Assembly: GCA_017987115.1 (NCBI GenBank)
Contig: JAGNUG010000006.1
Coordinates: 459-64,458 of the forward strand
Reading direction: 5' to 3'
Source: Flavobacteriales bacterium
GTDB taxonomy: Bacteria; Bacteroidota; Bacteroidia; Flavobacteriales_F; PHOS-HE28
Length of the DNA: 64,000 nt
Shown here: positions 10,420 to 19,174 of the stretch, piece by piece
How the letters are laid out: every line of letters begins with the position of its first letter
Position numbering within the stretch: the first letter of the stretch is position 1
The notes under the pieces: model-generated
What the model was told of the DNA's origin: nothing
What the model saw: the letters and a program-made list of their open reading frames with translations, nothing else
Database searches by the model: none
Made by a program: the position numbers and the translations under genes

Positions 10420-12840
10420 ATGGATCATTTGAAAGGGCTGAACCCCGCCCAATTGGCGGCAGTAAATAATTCTGAAGGGCCCAATATGGTCATTGCCGGA
10501 GCGGGTAGCGGTAAGACCAAAGTGCTTACTGTCCGAATTGCACACCTGCTTACAAAGGGCGTGGACCCATTCCGCATATTGGCCCTGACCTTTACGAACA
10601 AGGCTGCCAAGGAGATGAAAGCGCGTATTGGGTCATTGGTCGGTGATGGCTTGGCCCGCAGTCTTTGGATGGGAACATTCCATAGTGTCTTCTCACGCGT
10701 ACTGCGCGCTGAAGCTGAGAAGATAGGTTACTCCAAAGACTTCACGATCTACGATACTGACGATAGCCGCAGTTTGATCCGCGCCATTGTGAAGGACATG
10801 AAGTTGGATGACAAGTTGTACAAAGCCAATCAGGTCCATAGTCGGATCAGTATGGCAAAGAACAATTTGATGGGGCCTTTGGACTATATGAACAATGGCG
10901 AATTAATGGCAAGTGATGCTGCACACATGCGCCCATTGCTAGGTGAGATCTACAAAACATACGTGGACAGATGTTTCCGCGCGAGTGCAATGGATTTCGA
11001 TGACCTTCTGTTCAATACGGCTAAACTTTTCAGGGACCACCCGGATGTGATGCTGAAGTACCAAAGCCGATTCAACTACATTCTAGTTGATGAGTATCAA
11101 GACACGAACCTTGTCCAATACAACATTGTTCGGACCTTGGCCGCACGGCACGAGAACCTCACCGTGGTGGGCGATGATAGCCAAAGCATCTACGCTTTCC
11201 GCGGAGCCAACATTCAGAACATTCTCAACTTTCGAAGTGATTATGCTGACCACAAACTGTTCAAACTGGAACAGAACTACCGCAGCACAAAAACCATTGT
11301 GGGTGCCGCGAACAGCGTGATCGAGAAGAACAAAGAACAGATCGAAAAAACGATATGGACAGATAACCTGCAAGGTGAAAAGATCAAAGTTCACCGATCC
11401 TTGAGTGACAATGAAGAAGGCCAGTTCGTAGCTCACACGATCTTCGAGACCAAGATGCAGCATCAGGTTCCGAACAAAGGCTTCGCGATACTATACCGCA
11501 CCAACGCGCAAAGCAGAAGTATGGAGGAAGCTTTGCGGAAACTCAATGTTCCGTATCGGATCTATGGTGGCCTAAGTTTTTACCAACGGAAAGAGATAAA
11601 GGACCTGATCGCCTATTACCGCTTGGTTTGTAACCCGCGTGATGAGGAAGCACTGAAACGTGTGATCAATTACCCGACTCGCGGCATTGGGCAGACCACC
11701 ATGGACCGCCTGATGGTGACGGCGAACGAATTGGAGATCCCGATCTGGGACCTGATCCTTGATCATCCGGATAAGGTCCAGGCACATGGTGGTACCAGAA
11801 AAGCGCTTGGTGACTTTGTAACGTTGATCCAAAGTTTCCAAACGATGATGGACACGCACAATGCACATTCGCTTGGAGAATACATTGCGCAAAAAAGCGG
11901 CTTATTGAAAGACCTGTTCACCGATAAAACACCTGAAGGTGTTAGCCGGTATGAGAACATACAAGAGCTCTTAAGCGGAATGAGGGCGTTCAGCGAAGGG
12001 CCTTTGGATGAAGCGGGAGAAACAGGCGTAGACCAGGCCGTCGAGCTCAGAACATTGAGTGACTTCTTGATCGACGTGGCTTTGCTTACCGATGCTGACA
12101 ACACTGACCCGAACGACAATGACCGGGTAAGCTTGATGACGATACACGCAGCAAAAGGACTTGAATTCCCATATGTACACATCGTAGGGTTGGAAGAAGA
12201 CCTCTTCCCTAACCTCATGGCCGTGCAGACACGTGCCGATCTGGAAGAAGAAAGACGGTTGTTCTATGTGGCCTTAACGCGTGCTGAAAAACAGGCCACC
12301 CTGAGTTATGCAATGAGCCGTTTCAAATGGGGCAACTTCACAAGCAGCGAACCGAGTCGCTTCATAGAAGAGATCGATCCTTCGTTCTTGGAAATGCCCG
12401 TGCAGAATGAACGTGGAGCTTTCGCTGGTGGTAATTACTCAAGGCCATCGGGCAATTCATGGGCGCGCGGCGGCCGGCCATTCGGTAAGGATGCTGAAGA
12501 CCATGACTCCAAACCAATTTATGGTAGAGAACGTAAAGCGCCACCTATCAAGCCCTCGAGATCATCCACGGTCGAGCGTGCGTCGGTGAACGCATCGATG
12601 CCTGCGCCTGGAAAGTTGAAACGCATGTCTGCTTCAGGTAAAGTGTTGGAAGCAACGAAAACGCTTGGTGAAGCTGTACCGGACCTAAAAGAAGGTATGA
12701 CCGTAGAACATGAGCGGTTCGGGAAAGGCAAAGTGCTGAAGATCGAAGGAATTTCTCCAGATGTGAAAGCCACGATCTTCTTTCCTACATCGGGTCAGAA
12801 AAACCTGTTGTTGCGCTTTGCTAAACTCAAAGTGTTATAG
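10420..12840 (+). CDS. uvrD: ATP-dependent DNA helicase, UvrD/PcrA/Rep family
   Basis: Contains Walker A GAGSGKT, DEYQDTN and TIHAAKGLEF, plus a C-terminal Tudor-like block GMTVEHERFGKGKVLKIEG. The first ATG is at 10420; the track start at 10408 is TTG. Confidence 0.93.
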   Translation: MDHLKGLNPAQLAAVNNSEGPNMVIAGAGSGKTKVLTVRIAHLLTKGVDPFRILALTFTNKAAKEMKARIGSLVGDGLARSLWMGTFHSVFSRVLRAEAEKIGYSKDFTIYDTDDSRSLIRAIVKDMKLDDKLYKANQVHSRISMAKNNLMGPLDYMNNGELMASDAAHMRPLLGEIYKTYVDRCFRASAMDFDDLLFNTAKLFRDHPDVMLKYQSRFNYILVDEYQDTNLVQYNIVRTLAARHENLTVVGDDSQSIYAFRGANIQNILNFRSDYADHKLFKLEQNYRSTKTIVGAANSVIEKNKEQIEKTIWTDNLQGEKIKVHRSLSDNEEGQFVAHTIFETKMQHQVPNKGFAILYRTNAQSRSMEEALRKLNVPYRIYGGLSFYQRKEIKDLIAYYRLVCNPRDEEALKRVINYPTRGIGQTTMDRLMVTANELEIPIWDLILDHPDKVQAHGGTRKALGDFVTLIQSFQTMMDTHNAHSLGEYIAQKSGLLKDLFTDKTPEGVSRYENIQELLSGMRAFSEGPLDEAGETGVDQAVELRTLSDFLIDVALLTDADNTDPNDNDRVSLMTIHAAKGLEFPYVHIVGLEEDLFPNLMAVQTRADLEEERRLFYVALTRAEKQATLSYAMSRFKWGNFTSSEPSRFIEEIDPSFLEMPVQNERGAFAGGNYSRPSGNSWARGGRPFGKDAEDHDSKPIYGRERKAPPIKPSRSSTVERASVNASMPAPGKLKRMSASGKVLEATKTLGEAVPDLKEGMTVEHERFGKGKVLKIEGISPDVKATIFFPTSGQKNLLLRFAKLKVL

Positions 12841-12943
12841 AAATGGATGTTGAACAAAATGCCTTCAAAACCTGGCATGGATAAGGTCTTGACGCCGGAT
12901 TCGTGGATATTCTGATCAGGCTACACCATATCCGCCAGTTTCG

Positions 12944-12951
12944 TAGCTTTG
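12944..12951 (+). promoter_or_regulatory. Putative -7 box (TAGCTTTG)
   Basis: TAnnTTTG match about 80 nt upstream of the ATG at 13033. Confidence 0.35.
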
Positions 12952-13032
12952 GACCTTCCAACGACAAGGAATAGCTTGCACATTCAGCAAAGCCGTGTTC
13001 CACTAAGCACTATTCATGGTGCACAGCCAATT

Positions 13033-13722
13033 ATGATCAGTACTCCTTTCGATTACAACACGCAACGTGCACGTTTGATCATTCCTGAATATGGCCGCCA
13101 TGTGCAACGCATGGTTGAACATTGCATGGAGATCGAGGAACGGGACAAAAGGACACACTGCGCCAAGTCCATTATTCAAGTGATCGCCCGACTCAATCCA
13201 CAATTGCGGAACAGCGACAATTTCGAACGCACGCTTTGGGACCACCTTTACGTTATGAGCGAATTCAAATTGGATGTGGACGGACCCTTTCCGAAGCCTA
13301 CCGCTGAAGAATTGGAAAGCAAGCCCAAGCGTGTAGAGTATCCACAGACCAAGATCAGATACGGCCACTACGGCAAATTGGTGGAACGCATGGTGGAACA
13401 ATGCGCCGCTATGGAAGAAGGTGAAACGCGGGCAGCATACACGGAACTGATCGCGAACCACATGAAGAAGCAGTTCCTGACATACAACCGCGATACTGTG
13501 CCCGATCCAGTTATCCTAAAGGATCTTGGTGAATTGAGTAAAGGAAAGCTGAAGTTGAAGGAGGATGTACAATTGATCGCCACAGCGGATATAATCCGGG
13601 CTCAACAGAATGGTCCGAAGAATGAGATTGAGACCACGCGCAAACGGCACTTCACCAAGAACAAAGGAAATAATTCCGGAGGCGGCAAAAAACGGAACCG
13701 TAATCGCAAGAAGCGCTATTAG
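13033..13722 (+). CDS. DUF4290 domain-containing protein
   Basis: The sequence from the ATG at 13033 (MISTPFDYNTQRARLIIPEYGRHVQRMVEH) matches my recollection of the DUF4290 family, which usually lies next to murA in Bacteroidota. It has a basic C-terminal tail. Confidence 0.75.
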   Translation: MISTPFDYNTQRARLIIPEYGRHVQRMVEHCMEIEERDKRTHCAKSIIQVIARLNPQLRNSDNFERTLWDHLYVMSEFKLDVDGPFPKPTAEELESKPKRVEYPQTKIRYGHYGKLVERMVEQCAAMEEGETRAAYTELIANHMKKQFLTYNRDTVPDPVILKDLGELSKGKLKLKEDVQLIATADIIRAQQNGPKNEIETTRKRHFTKNKGNNSGGGKKRNRNRKKRY

Positions 13723-13751
13723 GACCCATCGCACGTGCAGCCTTTGCCGGG

Positions 13752-15014
13752 TCAAAGATCTGAAGCTGGCTGGGCATTCAAACGCATTGACCAGCCCGGA
13801 GGATTAAGCGGTACTACCCTTTCGGATCCATTTCCTATTTGTGCAGCTTCGTACTTCCAATTGAGGTCTTCGAATTGCTTTCTGCCTAAAAAGGCACCAG
13901 TTTGGAAACCCATCCACCCAATTACAATACACCAGAACAACATTGTTTTAGGAACGCTCTTACTTGGTAACGACAATGCCGCCCAAACGATGAATAAAGC
14001 GGGCAAGTAAAAATTGCGCATTCCTACATTTATGGGTGAAAGTGAACAGAGGTCATGTCTATAACTGATCAATGTAACACCGAAGAATACACCGGACATG
14101 ATCAATAGGATGAGTCCGAAAGGGTCTTCGATCCTACGCAGCTGCATGAACAGCCAGCGCAGTCCAACAAGCGCGATCGCACTGAGCACAAGTTGAAGAA
14201 CAAAGGGTACTGAGGCCACATATATGCATATGATCGGATACCACAACTGGTTGAATAATACCTGCAACGCACCGAAGAACATAGAGCCTCCTTGGTTGGA
14301 TCCATCCCGCTCAATGGAACCATGATCGACCAGCGAAAACGCGACAATTACAGCGAAGAGACCTACGGTTGCCAACGTGATCAAATTCGTCCAAGTGAAC
14401 TTACTGTTACTCCATTTCATATAGGACCACAAGGCTAGAACAGGCAACCAGATCAACGCAAACGGGCCTGTGGCACACACGAAGCAAAGAATGATCACGT
14501 CCAGCGCAGCGCCCAATTTTCGCAGCGGAGGCCTACCAAGAACGATCAGCGGTATCAATAATGAAGCAAGCCATTGCACATTGGTCAAGTTCATCAGTAT
14601 CTCATGGCCAACTGGCAAATACACGGTCGCGAGTATCGCGAAGCAGCGTTGAAAAAATGATGTCGGCATTCGCCAATAGATGTACGCCCATACTAACACG
14701 TACACCAATAAGGTTCCGATAACGAAGAGGGTCGGAATCCAGAAAACGGAAATGCCAACGCTCAAGCCCAGCAGCGCAAGAAACCTTGGATACACATGAA
14801 AATAGCCATTTGCTCGGTTGAATAAACTTGCCCAACCATCGTTGAACGCATCGGCAAAGAAGAGTTTACCATCCTCGGCATAGAACTGTGGGAAATAAAA
14901 AGCGTCAGTCCTGCGGAACAAGAGCATTACGGCACAAGCCGCACACATCAGAAATACAGATCGTACCTGATGACGCTCTACCCAAGCAAGCAACCGCTGT
15001 GCGTTCTCCTGCAT
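13752..15014 (-). CDS. Polytopic integral membrane protein of unknown function (possibly GT-C-like)
   Basis: About 420 aa and strongly hydrophobic, with more than 10 predicted TM spans by eye. An acidic loop YAEDGKLFFADAF follows the first TM. ATG at 15014 is preferred over the track start at 15068. Confidence 0.55.
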   Translation of the reverse strand: MQENAQRLLAWVERHQVRSVFLMCAACAVMLLFRRTDAFYFPQFYAEDGKLFFADAFNDGWASLFNRANGYFHVYPRFLALLGLSVGISVFWIPTLFVIGTLLVYVLVWAYIYWRMPTSFFQRCFAILATVYLPVGHEILMNLTNVQWLASLLIPLIVLGRPPLRKLGAALDVIILCFVCATGPFALIWLPVLALWSYMKWSNSKFTWTNLITLATVGLFAVIVAFSLVDHGSIERDGSNQGGSMFFGALQVLFNQLWYPIICIYVASVPFVLQLVLSAIALVGLRWLFMQLRRIEDPFGLILLIMSGVFFGVTLISYRHDLCSLSPINVGMRNFYLPALFIVWAALSLPSKSVPKTMLFWCIVIGWMGFQTGAFLGRKQFEDLNWKYEAAQIGNGSERVVPLNPPGWSMRLNAQPASDL

Positions 15015-15182
15015 CTCTTTATGCTCCTTTCTTTGGCAGGTACAATTGTACGGCAACGCGAACTTCATCCTTGGTCTCTGACCGTTCCAACATATTCGAT
15101 CTGCAGGTCTTTCACCTTCCTATGTTGATAGTGCGGCGAAGATGAGCAAGTTCGGTTGCAGCATTCGCAGTTGCTTCGCAGC

Positions 15183-16487
15183 ATGGGAAGTTTCAAGATA
15201 ATCGGTGGGAAGCGGTTGAAGGGTGAGGTAATTCCGCAAGGAGCGAAGAACGAAGCATTGCAGATCCTCTGCGCTGTACTGCTTACAAAGGAGCCGGTTA
15301 CCATTCACAACATACCGGACATCGTCGATGTGAATAAGCTCATCGAACTGCTCGGCCATATGGGTGTGCAAGTGGAGAAGTTAGGAGAAGGTAGCTACAA
15401 ATTCATAGCGGACCACGTGGATGTGGAATTCTTCCTGAAACCGCAATTCAAAACGTTGGGCGGTGGTCTTCGGGGAAGTGTAATGGTAGTAGGACCATCG
15501 CTTGCACGCTTCGGAAAAGGATACATCCCCACACCTGGTGGCGATAAGATCGGTCGTCGCCGATTGGATACACATTTCATCGGATTCGAAAAACTAGGGG
15601 CCGATATTTCATACGACAAGAAGGAAGGATTCTTCAAAGCGGAAGCGAAACGATTGAAGGGTGCTTACATGTTGTTGGATGAGTCCAGTGTTACCGGTAC
15701 TGCCAATATTGTAATGGCTGCCGTCCTTGCAGAAGGACGAACAACGATCTTCAATGCGGCTTGCGAACCCTACTTACAACAGCTTTGTGAAATGTTGGTG
15801 CGCATGGGTGCCAAGATCTCCGGCATTGGGAGTAACCTGCTTCATATCGATGGGGTTGATGAACTAAGTGGAACGGAACATCGCATGTTACCGGACATGA
15901 TCGAGATCGGTTCGTTCATTGGATTGGCGGCCATGACAAGAAGTTCCATCACGATCAAGAACGTACAATTCCATAGGCTCGGGGTGATCCCTGATGTATT
16001 CCGCAGACTAGGGATCGCAGTGGTACAACAAGGCGATGATATCCATGTGCCAGCGCAAGAACACTACACGATCACAAAATTCCTGGATGGAAGTAACCTG
16101 ACCGTGAGCGATGCCCCATGGCCGGGCTTTACACCTGACCTGTTGAGCATCGTACTTGTCACTGCAATTCAAGCGAAAGGCAGCGTTCTGGTCCACCAGA
16201 AGATGTTCGAGAGCCGTTTGTTCTTTGTGGATAAATTGATCGAGATGGGTGCTCAAATAACGTTGTGCGACCCACACCGCGCTTTGGTGATCGGAAACGA
16301 TTTCCAAAGCCCATTGCGTGCCATTCGTATGACCAGTCCGGATATCCGCGCAGGCGTAGCCCTGTTGATCGCTGCGCTGAGTGCAGAAGGAACCAGCACC
16401 ATTGATAACATTGAACAGATCGATCGCGGTTACCAGAACATCGAGGCCAGGTTGAAGGCATTGGGAGCACAGATAGAACGTGTTTGA
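15183..16487 (+). CDS. murA: UDP-N-acetylglucosamine 1-carboxyvinyltransferase
   Basis: MGSFKIIGGKRLKGEVIPQGAKNEALQ N-terminus. The active-site loop PGGDKIGRRRLDTH has Asp where E. coli has Cys115. Confidence 0.96.
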   Translation: MGSFKIIGGKRLKGEVIPQGAKNEALQILCAVLLTKEPVTIHNIPDIVDVNKLIELLGHMGVQVEKLGEGSYKFIADHVDVEFFLKPQFKTLGGGLRGSVMVVGPSLARFGKGYIPTPGGDKIGRRRLDTHFIGFEKLGADISYDKKEGFFKAEAKRLKGAYMLLDESSVTGTANIVMAAVLAEGRTTIFNAACEPYLQQLCEMLVRMGAKISGIGSNLLHIDGVDELSGTEHRMLPDMIEIGSFIGLAAMTRSSITIKNVQFHRLGVIPDVFRRLGIAVVQQGDDIHVPAQEHYTITKFLDGSNLTVSDAPWPGFTPDLLSIVLVTAIQAKGSVLVHQKMFESRLFFVDKLIEMGAQITLCDPHRALVIGNDFQSPLRAIRMTSPDIRAGVALLIAALSAEGTSTIDNIEQIDRGYQNIEARLKALGAQIERV

Positions 16488-16568
16488 CTGAATACGAACA
16501 GTCTGAAAATCCAACTCGGCACGTTATTCGCTTTGGTCGGAGCCAAGCTCACCAATTACATTTGCGCC

Positions 16569-17141
16569 ATGGAATTCCGCACGATCATGTCCAAAACACG
16601 CATCATTACCATTGCCGCAGTCGTACTGCTTGGCGTTTATGGATTCGCTAGCCGTATGGATCGCGGTGAGGGCGGCAAGGAGAAGGTCGGCACCAGTATC
16701 GGCGATAAAGCACCTGAATTGTCCTTTATGAATGCGGATAGCACGAAGGAATTAAAGCTTTCGGACCTCAATGGCAAGTATGTGCTTATTGATTTCTGGG
16801 CCAGCTGGTGCGGACCCTGTCGTAAGGAGAACCCGAACGTGGTTGCGGCCTATGATAAGTACACAAAAGCCAAATTCAAGGATGCCAAAGGTTTTGAGAT
16901 CTATAGCGTAAGTCTTGACCGCAGCCGTGAAGCTTGGAAAAAGGCCATCGAACAGGACAATCTGAAGTGGAAATGGCATGTTAGTGACCTTGGATTCTGG
17001 CAATCCAAAGGAGCACAGTTGTACGGAGTCAACTCCATCCCTATGAGCTTTCTGATCGACCCTAATGGTGTTATCATCGCTAAGAATCTACGCGGCATGC
17101 AATTGCATCAGGAGTTGGATAAACACGTGAAGAGTTTATAG
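16569..17141 (+). CDS. TlpA-family thiol:disulfide oxidoreductase (thioredoxin fold)
   Basis: Contains the WASWCGPC redox motif and an N-terminal signal or anchor. The start is ambiguous between ATGs at 16569 and 16587. Confidence 0.85.
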   Translation: MEFRTIMSKTRIITIAAVVLLGVYGFASRMDRGEGGKEKVGTSIGDKAPELSFMNADSTKELKLSDLNGKYVLIDFWASWCGPCRKENPNVVAAYDKYTKAKFKDAKGFEIYSVSLDRSREAWKKAIEQDNLKWKWHVSDLGFWQSKGAQLYGVNSIPMSFLIDPNGVIIAKNLRGMQLHQELDKHVKSL

Positions 17142-17162
17142 CACCGCAGGCCGCTTATATTC

Positions 17163-17199
17163 AAAAGCCCCTTGACCGAGGTCCAGGGGCTTTTTTCTT
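17163..17199 (+). terminator. Rho-independent terminator
   Basis: The AAAAGCCCCT ... AGGGGCTTTT stem is followed by a T run, 22 nt after the stop at 17141. Confidence 0.75.
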
Positions 17200-17321
17200 G
17201 TCGATCTTTATACAAGAACTCAGAGATCCACACTATCCAACTGCCATCCTGTCGGCAAAACATGATCGGCACCTAAGTTGCCTTACCGGCTCCGCCGAAC
17301 AACGGCCAAGGAACAATACCT

Positions 17322-17948
17322 ATGGCATTCAAGAACCCATTCAGTAGTACCAATAAGGAAAAGCCAGCAATGGAGCAGGAAGAGATGAAGAATGAACAAG
17401 GCGGAACCGTCAACGAAACATCGCCTTTGGAAGAGCAGAACGAAACTGCAACTGACACAGAGGCAGTGCCTGAATTGACCGAGACCGAGCGACTATCGCT
17501 CGATCTGGAATCAAAGCAGGCTGAGATCGCTGCATTGAACGACAAGAACCTACGTCTATTCGCTGAGTTCGATAATTTCCGGAAGCGCACAGCAAAGGAA
17601 AAGTTGGAAATGTTGCAAACAGCGGGTGTTGATACACTGAAGAACATGTTGCCCGTAATGGACGATATGGAGCGAGCGATCACAAACAATGCTACTGTCG
17701 AAGATGTGGAAGCGGTGAAGCAGGGTTTGAAATTGATCCATCAGAAATTCTCGAAAATGCTGAACGATCAAGGCGTAAAAGCCATGCACGCCAAAGGCGA
17801 ACCCTTCGATCCGGAGATCCACGAAGCAATTACAAAAGCACCTGCTCCCACCGCAGACCTCAAAGGCAAAGTGTTGGACGTGATCGAAAGCGGTTATTTA
17901 ATGAATGATAAAGTGATCCGCTACGCCAAAGTCGTGGTTGGTGAGTAA
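17322..17948 (+). CDS. grpE: Nucleotide exchange factor GrpE
   Basis: 208 aa, GrpE-like core (RLFAEFDNFRKRTAKE ... FDPEIHEAI), immediately upstream of dnaJ. Confidence 0.95.
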   Translation: MAFKNPFSSTNKEKPAMEQEEMKNEQGGTVNETSPLEEQNETATDTEAVPELTETERLSLDLESKQAEIAALNDKNLRLFAEFDNFRKRTAKEKLEMLQTAGVDTLKNMLPVMDDMERAITNNATVEDVEAVKQGLKLIHQKFSKMLNDQGVKAMHAKGEPFDPEIHEAITKAPAPTADLKGKVLDVIESGYLMNDKVIRYAKVVVGE

Positions 17949-17967
17949 ACGAACCGCTACCTGATCA

Positions 17968-19080
17968 ATGAGCAAACGAGACCCTTATGAGGTCCTTGGT
18001 GTGGGGCGAAATGCCAGTGCCGACGAGATCAAGAAAGCCTACCGCAAGCAGGCCATAAAATTTCACCCGGATAAAAACCCTGGTGATGAAGCAGCGGAGA
18101 ACAAATTCAAAGAATCCGCCAGCGCCTATGAGATCCTGAGCAATCAGGAAAAAAAGGCACAATACGATCGTTTCGGACATACCGGCCCCGGTATGGGTGG
18201 CGGAGGTGGATTCGGCGGCATGAACATGGAGGACATCTTCTCCCAGTTCGGTGACATTTTCGGCGGTGGTTTCGGTGGCGGTTTCCAAGGCGGAGGAGGC
18301 GGGAGACGTACGGTGAAAGGAAGTAATCTCCGAGTGCGCTTGAAATTGACATTGGCGGAGATCGCCAACGGTGCGGAAAAGAAGATCAAGGTGACCAAAC
18401 TCGTCCGTGGAAAAGGCAGTGAATATGCACGCTGCAGCACATGTGGCGGAAGCGGACAAGTGCGCCGCGTACAAAGCACGTTCCTTGGTCAAATGCAGAC
18501 CGTTGCGACTTGTCCGGCCTGCCATGGTGCAGGTGAATCGGTAAGCAAACGAGCGCCTGGTAGTGATGCCCAAGGATTGGTCCGTGAAGAAGTTGTGGTG
18601 CCGATAAAAATGCCTGCCGGTGTGGAAGAAGGCATGCAATTGAATGTTAGCGGCATGGGCAATGATGCACCTGCGGGAGGCATTCCAGGCGATCTGCTCG
18701 TAGTGATCGAAGAAGAAAAGCATCCGGAGCTGCGTCGCGATGGCCAGAACCTGCACCACGAGGTATTCATCAACATGGTGGATGCCGCTCTAGGCAGCAA
18801 GATCGAGGTGCCACTTGTCACCGGTAAAGCCAAAGTGACCATCGAACCTGGCACACAGACCAATCATACACTACGCTTGAAGGGAAAGGGCTTACCGAGC
18901 CTGAACCATCATGGACAAGGCGACCTCTTCGTTCATGTTGCCGTGTGGACTCCTACCAACCTTTCGAAGGACGAAAAAGCGACCCTGGAAAAATTGCGAG
19001 ACAGTCCCGGTTTTCAACCTAAACCCACATCAAAGGACAAAGGATTCTTTGAACGGGTGAAGGAGATGTTCGGATCTTGA
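17968..19080 (+). CDS. dnaJ: Molecular chaperone DnaJ
   Basis: J domain with [10 protein letters not shown], then a G/F-rich region and C-terminal domains. Only two CxxCxGxG motifs are present ([16 protein letters not shown]). Confidence 0.95.
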   Translation: MSKRDPYEVLGVGRNASADEIKKAYRKQAIKFHPDKNPGDEAAENKFKESASAYEILSNQEKKAQYDRFGHTGPGMGGGGGFGGMNMEDIFSQFGDIFGGGFGGGFQGGGGGRRTVKGSNLRVRLKLTLAEIANGAEKKIKVTKLVRGKGSEYARCSTCGGSGQVRRVQSTFLGQMQTVATCPACHGAGESVSKRAPGSDAQGLVREEVVVPIKMPAGVEEGMQLNVSGMGNDAPAGGIPGDLLVVIEEEKHPELRRDGQNLHHEVFINMVDAALGSKIEVPLVTGKAKVTIEPGTQTNHTLRLKGKGLPSLNHHGQGDLFVHVAVWTPTNLSKDEKATLEKLRDSPGFQPKPTSKDKGFFERVKEMFGS

Positions 19081-19174
19081 GTACAGGTTATTTGGCACAG
19101 CGTATTTGGAAGTAGGACATGGGTTGTATGTCCATCGACCCGAAGCCTCGAACGCCTCGACTCCCTCTGAAGAC

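Noticed and set aside
17200-17321. Looked for a CIRCE (TTAGCACTC-N9-GAGTGCTAA) heat-shock operator upstream of grpE-dnaJ
   Set aside because: No match or near match is seen in the upstream region.
17965-18759. 264-aa minus-strand ORF
   Set aside because: It lies entirely antisense to dnaJ, which has an unambiguous J domain and Zn motifs. It is a shadow ORF.
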